This document shows positions 35,001 to 47,000 of a DNA stretch of 58,198 nt, piece by piece; within the stretch, counting starts at the first letter, position 1; every line of letters begins with the position of its first letter. The DNA lies in the IMG/VR virus record IMGVR_UViG_3300025723_000042, positions 1 to 58,198 of that record; one strand, written 5' to 3'. This DNA comes from a virus (taxonomy: Duplodnaviria > Caudoviricetes). The translations under genes and the position numbers were made by a program. The notes below the pieces were generated by a model that did not search any database, was not told where the DNA came from, and saw only the letters and a list, made by a program, of their open reading frames with translations.

Positions 35001-38000
35001 ACTACCAATGATAGTACCAGCTTGAGTCTTAGTGCCAGTTGCGGTACTTGCGTAACTTACACTTGTAGTAGTACAAGCGGTAACTGTATAAGTTCCATTG
35101 TAAGCTACCGGCAATACATTATTAACAATAATTGTTTGACCTACGCTGTAAGGTGGAGCTGAAACAGTATCGAATGTCAATGTAACAGTAGTACCATTTC
35201 CGCTTGCGCCAGTAGTTGTTAATACGGCTACGTTAGAACTAAATCCTACACCAATAATTCCCATGCCTGGCAATATGCCAGCGGCACTTGCCACAACTAA
35301 AGTTGTTTCATAGCTTCCGTTAGGATTGTATGTAGTAGAATGTCCGGCAGTATTAATGTGTGTAATAGTTGTTGCCACAGGACTGCTATCATTAATGTTA
35401 TAACTAAATTCTAATTGATTATTATAAGTTCCAGTTCTGTTATCATAACTATCTACATTGTTTTTAATTTGATAAATGTTTAATTCTGTATTTGCGGCGG
35501 GCACATATGGCAATGTAAAACTATGTGTGTTAGCGGCAACTGTTACATAATAGTCGTCAAAACTACTGTCATAATTGTCCCACTTGTCCTTATAGTAAGG
35601 ACTAGATCCCCATCCTGTTTTTACATTGAACCCAAGTCCGTCAACAATAGTTCCGCCGTAATCGATACCAGTCATAACCTGTGCTAGATCTTTACCTAAC
35701 ATTCCAGAACCTGGTTCGTAATAAAACTCAATACGATCCGCGGCATTAAGCATAGCTGTGTTAATTAGATATGTAACCGATAAAGTAGATCCTTTAGCTG
35801 GAGCATTTCCTACAGCAAATGTAATTAATCCAGAATATTGAGTGTATCCGTTCTTAGTTGAAACTACTGTACTTAATGTGTACAATTCTCTTAATACCGG
35901 AATACCATTAACTGTAATTGAACTTTGTCCAATTCTAATATCTGGCGCCCAAGTCAACGCAAATTTTAACTGGCTTCCATCACCGGCAAATGTTTGTGTT
36001 TGCTGCAATTGTGTTATATAGTTTGTATGGCTTACTCTATCAAACTTAATACCAATAGTAGTTGAACGAACAACACTTTCTCCAATTATTGCGATAGCTC
36101 TTGCTTGTACGCCAACAGTTGATAATCCGCCATCTAAGACAATTTCTGGAACTGACAAGTATCCACTACCAGGAGTTAACAATACCACTCGAGTTACAAC
36201 ACCGTTTTTAATAAATGCTCTACCAGTGGCACCCGATCCGCTAGTACTGTTAAACACTACATGAGGAGGAATATTATATCCTGATCCGCCATCAATTAAT
36301 ATTAACTCAGTTACAACAAACCCTACATTATCTAACCAGAATTTCCAAGGATATGTTTGTATAGCACTATCACCTGCTACTAGTTTTCCGTTTTGTACAG
36401 TTACATCAATTAATCCAACTTTATCATTTTCATAAATTGGCATTAAATCAAAGTCAGTAATAGGTAATTGAGCAGTATCTAAACTTTCGTAATTGCTTAC
36501 ATATTCTCTAACTTTTGTTCTGTAAGGTTTTACTTCCGAAACATAATCTTCAAAATTTGACAAGTTGTCAACGGGGTAATTTACAGGTTGATCTAGCATT
36601 CCAACATTGTGTTGAGCTTTAACAAAACTAGTTTTAAAAATCCAATCTACATATACTTGCTCGCTCAATACATAATGAACAGTATTGAAGAATAAATTTA
36701 AATATTCTTGTTTTAAATTGTCAATAAAGATATTATTTTTAATAGTGTTTAAAATAATTCTTAATTCTGTTGCGGCAACAACGTCAAATCCTTCTCCGTC
36801 AAAAATACTCGAATCGTAACCTACGTCAGTTAAAGCAAAATCATATAATTTACTGCTAAACTGTATAGTTCCATTTTGTATACCAACTGTATTATAACTT
36901 TGTGTCCAGTCAACGCTGTTTACATTAGCAAATTTTTCTAATAATAACCAGCCGCCGTTATTTGATGTTCTAATTCTAACAACTTGTCCAACTTGAATAG
37001 TTAATGAATTTAATTCAACAAATGTATCAACAGCATAATCTTCTAATGAATACTGACTATAACCAGAAGCATACCAATCTGAATAAGACCAGTAATTTCT
37101 CACATCATAACTTTGTGTTAATGTTCTAGACCATTGTTTGTAAACAGGATCGTAAGTATAGATACTCCATTGATTGTTTGCTTGACTATCGCTATGTACT
37201 AACACCGCGTAGTTTCTAATTACACAACGAGTATTACTATCGTAGCCAACACCGGAAGAAATAACAGTTGCGCCTGTTACTTGACCCAATGCGTTTATTG
37301 TTGCTCTAACTACGGCGCCTTGGCCAGAGCCAACAATTTCTATATAAGGGGAAGTAGCAATTCCATTTACGACAGAAACATATCCCTTACCTGCTGAATT
37401 TATAATAATTCCAGTAATTTGTCCGTTGTTAATAATAATAGGAACTAGATTAGGAACAGCAAAACTTGCCACGCTAGCATATGGTAATTCGGCATCTGTA
37501 TCCAATATAGCATCATATAGCCCAGTAACTACTGTTGGTTCTTTATCGTAACTTTCCAAGGCACTAATATTAAGCTCGGCAACTTGATTAGTAATCATTA
37601 CTTGATTAGCATATTCAATTAATTGTTTTAATGCTTCAAATCGATTAATAACCATACTTTGTCTTGGACGATTTTCAATTCCATAACGAATCTTAAACGG
37701 CAATCTTGGGTCAGGTACTACTTTTCCAAAACTGTCTATACCGCATAAACTATCAAACCATTTTTGTTCAATTGTCTTAGGTAAATCAATGTTTGGATCG
37801 TTGCTGATCATCTTGTACTGTGTATGTATATTTTGATCTGTTTTATCGATAGTCCAGAATTCTACAGATAACACTACGTTAGATGAGGAAGTATATCCCT
37901 TAACATTAGTCAAACTAAATGTGTTTAATCCAGTAATACCTAAATAGGTGTAATCTTGTCCTCTTGGATTTGATATTAAGTTTGCTACATCCATAGCAGA

Positions 38001-41000
38001 CATGTGACGTCCGTTTATATAAGGAGTAACTGCTTTATTTTTAACCCAGAAGTAATAGGTATTTTTAAATGTTTTACTAATCTTATCGTAAGATTGTGTG
38101 ACACTATAAGCCTTATCACTATAAAGACTTTTGCCGCTAATTCCATCAGCTAGTCCAGCATTTGTATCTGCTTGAGCGTCCCATTGACTTGGTTTAAGAT
38201 TAGAACTGACCCATTCGTAAATATCTATAGTAGCGCCAGTAGCTAATTGATTCCAAGTTGAATTTCTATAAACAATATCTTGGTCATAGCTATTAATAAA
38301 TTTAGCTGTTCTTAAATCCCACCATAACTGTCCAACTTGTTTATTAGACCAGATACTAGCAGTATTAACTACAACATCACTAGTACCAATGCTATATACC
38401 GCAGGATCATAAAAAGTTTTGTATCTTATTTCTTCTTCTGCCGGTCCTGGAATTTTACCTTGTAATGGATCAACTACATCTAAATATTTTAATAAACTTC
38501 CGTTTGTCTTATCATACAAGAATGCTTTTTTAATTTTTGTAATATCGGCAACAGGTGTTTGACTAGTATGAATTGTCCAAGTGTAAGTATTTGGTAATTT
38601 ATAATAATTATAAATCACTCCAGAATTTGTAAAATTGTTTTCAGTAGCATTAGGAGCTCCTACAAAAATTTGGTTCACTCCAACAGAAAAACCAGCGCCA
38701 AGCGCATCACTAGAATTTCCAGTCATTGGAATAGTCTCACTGTAAACCCATTGTGTGTCATAACGATCGTAAATGTCAATTCGTCCTGAAGAATTTACAG
38801 ATGTATATACAACTAATGTATTGTAATCATTCATAAAGGAAATTTTAGTTCCAAAATGACTTGATATTGTAGAACGTGGATGTACAAAAGTTGGAGTTCC
38901 TAAGTCGTACTGACCAGTTGCTAGTAAAGAATAAATTGCGACTACGCCAGTTGTAGATGCGGTATTATCACTAATGGCAAGATATGTGCCATTATCCGAA
39001 ATACTAATACCGGTAGCAAAAGTAGTTGTCGATCCAGAAATTGTCTGACTTAGAGTAAATCCTGATCCAGAATTTTTGTATACTCTAACATATCCACGAC
39101 TGCCGCCGGTAGCTCCAATAGCTAATGTTAATCCATCATTGCTAACATTTATTGAACTACCAAAATTGTCGCCTGTGAATCCAGTGTAATTTGTTGAATA
39201 TTGCCAATTGGTCGTAACGAAATTTAATATACCAGCTGGAGTGCTATCAGGACTTCCTGATAATTCAAGAGTAGTACTATTAATAACTGCGGTAACTGTT
39301 TGTCCGCTTGTAAATCCCACACCCTGTACTACTAGTCCAACTGTAATTCCTGTTGTACTAGTTACTACAAGTGTAGCATAGCTACTGCCAATTGGGTTAT
39401 AGGCGGAACTTACTTTGACATTTGAAGTATAAATTAATTTGTAAACACGGCCAGCATTGTTATTGTAACCTGTGGCACCAATGTATAATTCGTTTGTATT
39501 AAATGCCAATGTTGCGCCAAACTGTTCTCCAGTAACGTAAGTAGGCTCTAATCCTATTGAAGGACTAACAATAGAATCAACTAATGAATAACTATTTCCA
39601 AAAGATCTTTTATATAAACTAACAACACCTTGATTAGTATATGAACTATTATTGCTAGGACTAGTAGTATCTACAGGAACATATGATATTTGATTCCAAG
39701 CAGATACTCCGTAAGGATTAACTATTTGATAACTATTAACAAAACCAGAAATAGGTGTCGGCAATGTTATTAATAAATCGTTAATAATATCAGTACCACC
39801 AACGCTACTACCTTTAATTAATATTTGATCTCCTGCCAAATATCCATTACCTGTAGCAGAAACTGTGACAACGTATCCTGTTAAAACAGGTTTAACTGTA
39901 AATGTTGCGCCCGTACCTAATATTACACTGCCGCCTAGACTTGTATATGTTTGAGGAGGTGTACCTACACTATTTGCAGTAACTCCAGTAATAGCACCTG
40001 GAGATAATGTAGTTGTAGAGCCATTAATCGACGTTACTGTTATTGTTATGTCGTTAACTGTGTCAATTCCGCCAACTTGAGATCCTAAAATAGTAATTTT
40101 GTTTCCTACTTTATAACCTGCGCCGCCTGAAACTACATTTACTGTATAAGTTGATCCAATTACTACAACGTTAAATCTTGCGCCTTGAGCTTGATTTTGT
40201 GTAATACCTGTAACACCACTGTATTGATGTGACATATTACTTGTTACTTGATAATAATTTACACCATCAGTAACAATAGATTTTGCTAGATAGTCTGTAG
40301 AATTAGGAACGGTATATATACCTTTATAATTAGTTGCTACATATCCAGAATTAGGACTACCAATAGCTAACCATTGTTTGTCATTACTAATTGCCACAGT
40401 TGTTGCAGCAGAAGCTCTAGTATTTTTATTAACTGAACCGACACGTATGGTGAATCCTGTTCCAGTTCCGCCTATGTGTGATGAGTCGACTGTTAATTGA
40501 TCATTTACTTGATAATTTAAACCACCATAATTTAATATAATGTTTGACACTAAACCGTTAGTCACAGTCACTGTAGCTACAGCAGTTCCATCACCTGTTC
40601 CAGATCCTGTATAAATTAACGGAACATTGGCATACACGACTGTACCAACTGCTGGAGTATAACCTGAACCGCAATTATTAGATACTTGTATTTCAACTGG
40701 TGTGTTTGAAGTTCCGCCTAAATATTTTTGATCTATTGTTAATACTTGGCCAGACACATATTGTGTGTTGTATCTTATTAGTTGAACATTAGTTACTACT
40801 CCGTTAGATACAGTTACGTTTGCTATGGCACCTGACCCAGTGCCGCCAGTCAATGGAACATTTGAATAAAGTTGAGTACCGTTAGTTGGTCTATATCCTG
40901 TGCCGCCTGATATCAATGATATACTTAAACCTAGGCCGGCTGTATTAAAAGATTCTATAGTACCTTGTACACCTGATGTAGTATAGTTTGCTGAAATAAA

Positions 41001-44000
41001 TGGTGTTTGAATTAATTGATTTCTAGTCCAATTTGTTAGTACACCAGATTTTAAATAAATGGCTGTTTGTCCATCGGATGAAGTTATTGCCGCAGTATCC
41101 CCAGTTTTGGTCATAGCGATTGCTCTGCCAAAGTTATGTCCATTACTTGCTATTTGATCGTTGATAGTTGTAGTACTGTACACAGGATTATAAATCCAAC
41201 TTGCCCAATTAGTACTAGTTGAAGATATATAGTCCGTCCATACTAATTGTCCAGCAACTGGAGTTGTTGGTAGTAACGACTCTAATTGGTCAATAGACGA
41301 ATCTAACGAGCGTTGAGATACAAAATAGAATACTTCTATTGTAGACAAATCATTAAACGGAGCAAGTACTTGTTTAGGAGCAAGAGTGATAGTAAATGTA
41401 TTTGTTGTAACTGCTGTAATAGCATAAAATCCATTTATTTTTGTTGTTCCTGTAATACCAATATAATCGCCAGCGGCAAAAGTCACTGTAGTGGGTACGG
41501 TGATTGTAACAGTATTAGGTGTAACAGAGGTGTTAGATGTTACAGAGCTTATAACTCCTGTAGCATATTTTAATGTGTATCTATACACATTCCAATAGTA
41601 AGGCGGAGGAGCAAAAGCACACCATACATAATTTCCATCAACATATTTTGTAGGATCATACGATAGTATTTCTGACAACTGACCTATACTTAAATTAACA
41701 TCTTTTGAATTTACATAACCTGCGCTAGCTAGTAAAGGTTTATAATTTGAAAGCACTGGCCATAAGTTAGATTCGTAACCATTACTAGGCAAATAAACAT
41801 CGCTAGGTAAAATTTGTATAATAAACGGATTTAAATTTTTATCAATTTTATCAGTTAATACATATCCTTGCGGATTATTTCTTATAGTGCCTTCGTTAAG
41901 AACAAATTCTACTTGTTGGAAACTATTAGCGGCTCCGTATTGTCCCACACGAACTGCCCACTCTTCATAAAATACTAAACTTTCTTTATTCTCACTGCTT
42001 AGTACATTGAATAATTTGTTAAGGACATTTTGTGTTCCTTTTTCACGAATCATTCCTTGATAGAATTTAAACTCACTAACATCGTCTTGAATAATGTTAT
42101 CCAGGTATTGACGTTTTTGATAGCCAATTAAATGCTGTCCCATTGCTTGCTGGGCACTATCAAAACTATCTACATCTAAACTATAAAAATCTTGGAACTG
42201 TGTGGCAATATTTGTCCAGTTAGGCAATATTTGACTAGAAGGTTTGTGAGCTAATTCTGTCCATTTCGAAATATCAAACACCGCAGTACCTGGCAAGAAC
42301 TCGTTGGCACTATAATAATATCCTTGATAGTTTATGATATCTCCAAGATTGTAATCTTGCCATTGTTGCCAGTTTTGTATTTTTGCCGCATCAAATATAA
42401 ATCCTGGAATATCTAATCCGCCATACCATCCGGTGGTGATATATCCTGATACTTTAATACGTTCTTGTCTATAGCCGCTTTCTGGATTATAAATTGTATC
42501 ATTGAATATTGTAGTGTTATTAAGTATTACTACGTGTTCATGTTGAACTAGATAAAAACTTGCTCCATAAATTCCATCAGAATTTTTTGGATTATATGAA
42601 ACAGTATTATTTTTTCTATAACTATCTAAATCCGCTGTGTTTATAGCTGTGCCGTTTACTTTAAATATTTCATATTTGTTAAATGAATTATTAATATCAT
42701 CAACAACATTTAAAGGTGTTATAAATTCAATATTGCCGGCTGCTGGACTTAAACTAATTACGCTAGCACCATCTACACTTAGTCCATCTAATTTATTAAA
42801 GTCGTTATAATCAAATGCGTCTGATGCTGGAACATTTCTAGTGGCACTATAATATTCTCCATTGAATCTAACAATGGTACCGTATGGCACTACAATGTTA
42901 GGAGTCCAATCGCTCCATTTATCTTTTCCAGAACTCCAGTTTTGTGTAGTCCAGAACATAAATTCTTTAGCACTAGTTTCCCAGTTGCTAACAACACCCA
43001 AGTTTGTATTGTACTGATTAAAAATAAAACCTTGATCTTTTAAATATTCACCGTAGCCTAATAAAAAGTCAACTACATCTTGAACTTTCTTAAATGTTAA
43101 ACCGTATGGTGCTGTTAATATTTCTGTCTTATCCCAAGACTTTCTAAAATTAGCAGTTACTCCGCCGTTAACTGGAAGGAATGGCATGGCAACAAATTGT
43201 GTGCTGTCAAATGAAGCACCAGTAGTTGTCAAAGTCAATGCTTTATAATAACCGTTATTATATTTTATAATACTTCCGGCCGCATATTGTTCATTTGCTG
43301 TCCAGTTTGAAAAGTTTTCTGAAATTCCGCCAACGTTAATATTTGGTCCAGGTTGACTATAATTGTAATAGTTAAAGAAAGGTTGTGTTAAACTATAACC
43401 GCTTACTTGGAAACCATCCTGTAATCGAGTAATAATAACACCGCTATAAGATAATTTCTTAGTTGGACTGGAACTATTTAAAAATACAGAATAATCTTCC
43501 TTTGGAATAAAAACACTTCCCGAACTACTAGGAGTTTTACTTTCTAGTAATAAATTAAACTGATCTTGATTTGTAAATGATCCTACTCTATATGCTAATC
43601 GAACATTCATCGATGTTAAATCGTTAGCATAACCTTCGTAAGATTTTAGATTATTGCTAAAGATATAATTTAAAATAAGATTAACAACATAGTTAATAAT
43701 ACCAGCAGTTTGTACTCGAGTTGTACTTGAATAAACACTAGGCAATATAACATCTTGTGGTCTAATTCTTAATCCGGTATCTTTATAAATTAATTGTCCG
43801 GCTTTATTTCTTACAATTCGACTTCTATCTAATAATACGCCAAATGTTTTAGCCGGTGTTAACAACATACTAGTTATTAACACACTAAATGGATAATGAC
43901 TACTACGTCTCCAGCTAGATTCGACTGGAGCAACATCTCCAAAGACAAATTCAAAATCAATGCTAGGTGTTACTTGTCCCAATGCTAATGATGAAAATAA

Positions 44001-47000
44001 TGGGCTCACAAGATTTCCAGATTCGTCTACTGGAATATGATTAATTAAAAATGGTTTAACATAATCGGCAAGATACACCGGAGGCTTACCTGGTTCTCTT
44101 AACATACCGTCTGCGATATCCTGCCACATTACACGATTGTCGCTAGTATAAGGAGCTGGTCCATAGACTTGTGTCCACCAACTAGGCTCTATACTAAGAC
44201 CTAGCATTTCCCAAGGACAAATATTTGGACGGTCAGTGTTTAATAACCAACGATATACGCCTCTCCAATATCCTGGCAAACTTGTTCCGTCTGGGGCACT
44301 ATTGTTTCTATAGTTGTAAGTAAAACTATTACTAATGTCGTAACTTAAAGGCTTACTAAAATTAACACCTACGTCTTTAGCCCAACGATAAAAATTAGGT
44401 GCTAGAACTTTATTAAATTCTTCTCTAGTATAAACGTTTGTTTTATTATAGTTTGGAATAACACTATTAATATCGTAAACACTAGGATCATATTCAACTT
44501 TAATATTATTAAAAATACGCTTTTCTAATTCTAAAATTAATCCATCTCTGTAATCGCCATACGCCAATACTTGACTTCCATCGTGTCCTTGAATCATTAG
44601 TTGCGGAGCAATTAATGTAGTATCTAAATAAATTTTAGGTTCAAACTTTGGATAAATTCCTAACTTTGTCGGTGTTTCTGGTACAAAACAACCATCTGTA
44701 CTTTCATACTCTAAAGTAGTAAGTGTATCACCATTGTTCATAGATAAAGAATTATCTATTACAACAAATCCTTGATTATTAAATGTATAATCTTTTCCGT
44801 ATGTCAATTGAACATCATTTAAGTACACACCAACTGCTTTATTAGACAATGTGTCTAAAGTAAATACCGCAGTTAACGGATATGTTTTAATTCTGTAGTC
44901 AACAATTTTTATATCTGTGCGTAAACTTGCTCCATAAGGAATCATATCACTAAAATAATATGGAGCCGTATTAGGTTTATTAGAATTAATTCTTTCTAAA
45001 ATAACATCGACTAGTTTAACTGGGTCGCCATCAACACCTAAATTTTCAGCTGTGGTGATAAAAATTCGTTTAAAATGATTATAATCGTCTCTGCTTTGTT
45101 CAATGGCTCGTACAATATTATTAGATTCACTAGTAATATGATACATTGACAAACTCATTGGGCCGCTATGTTGAACAAACTTAGTACCATACGCCGCAGT
45201 ATTACCGAGATCTCTTAAGTTGCTAGTTCCTGGAAATGCGCCAACGAATAATGTTTCTAAATTATCTACAATGCTATTAACATGATCTGAAACTTCACCT
45301 AACGTAAAATCTCCCATAGTATTGTTTAATGGGTTATTTTGTAAGTTGATAGGAATTTCATAATAACCATTTTTGTTAATAGGCTGAGAAGCAAATGCCT
45401 TAATAGTTAATACGTCAGTTAATGCTATCGGTGTTGTTAAAACAATACGCTTATACTGTTGACCATCAACGATTGACCATAGGCTTGCGTCTAATCGTTT
45501 TCCATTAATATAAACTCTAACTACTAAATCATTTAAATTTGAAATATCATCAAAAATATCTAAATTAAAATTATTTGTTTTATTAGAATTTTCATAAATT
45601 CGAATGGCCGCTTGTGTATTATTAACTACTGAAGTTTGCCAGCCATTTTCATAAACAGTATTACCAGCATAATCTTGACCAACAATATAGCCTACATTAA
45701 CATTCTTTGTTATTAATGCGGTGCCTTGTTTATATTGAAAATTATCTGTAGCAAGGTTAAAGTTAAAAACAATATCGCCTATATTGCTGACATTTTTATA
45801 ACTTAAAGCAAATCCTAAAGTTGTATCAGCTAGCCCCGAACCAACTTTGTAAGAAAAGACTTTAGTTCCTAAAAAAGTTGAACCAGGGTAAACGCTAGTA
45901 TCGCCATAACTAACACCATTGTCGTCAACAACATCAAATAAAGGAGGTTGATTAGTGTTAGTTTTTTGTTGGCTCTTAATCCAAGTTGTACCATTAAACC
46001 AGTACATAAAACTTTGATTAGTAATGCCTTGATTAACTAAAACTGTTTGATTTAATTCAGGAGAAGCTATTTCAACAAGATGTAGTTGTTTACTGCCATT
46101 GCTAAGATGTTTAACATCAACAAATTCTACTCGATAAATTTTGTTTGCTACAAGCGGATCTGTATCTGCTGTAAACAAAATTGTTTGATTGGCTGTTAAC
46201 GGAATACCATCAATGTTATAGCCTGAAGAACCTTCTATTGTAGAAAATACGTCTGTTGTAAAATTGTCAATTAAGTCAATATCTGCGATAGCAGTAGTTC
46301 CAAAATTAAACAATTTTAAATCTGCTTCAAATTCAATAATAGGTCGAGTTGCTCTTGCTAATTGATTTAAATTAGGAACATCGCCATTTAATTTTGCGCT
46401 GGCTATAATTACATCTTGATGGAACCAACGGTTATATCTACTCCAAGGATTGTGATCTCGGCTAGCACGATTAATAACAATATAATCAGCAACTGCAGCA
46501 TAGCCTGTAGCATCACTAAACGGCTCCTGGTCAAAAGGTGTATTATCAAACTCGACTGTTTGAGATAATGTATAAGGACTTACAATTTCTAAAATTGATT
46601 GAGATACTAATTTAATAGCAGTACCGACACCTTCTACATAATAACTACCGGTGGCATATTTTGTTGGGGTAACATTTCCACCAAACTTAACTTTCATTCC
46701 GTTACTTAATGGAGTTCCGTCAGTTAATTTATATGTCTTTTTACCTAATACGTCTGCTTCTATATCAATATATGTATTCTGGTCAATGTCGAATATTTCA
46801 ATTACGCCACCAAGATTAATATCATTTTCACTTTGATAGTAAATCATAGTAGGAGCATCATCAGCAACAGTCCATGTAATTGTGCCTTGTTGTACTCCGT
46901 AATTGTCTATACCAGCATTTAAATATCTGTCTACTTTACCAGTAGTTCTAGATAATTTAAAACTAAACGCATTACCTGGGCTATTAATTTCAAATGTATA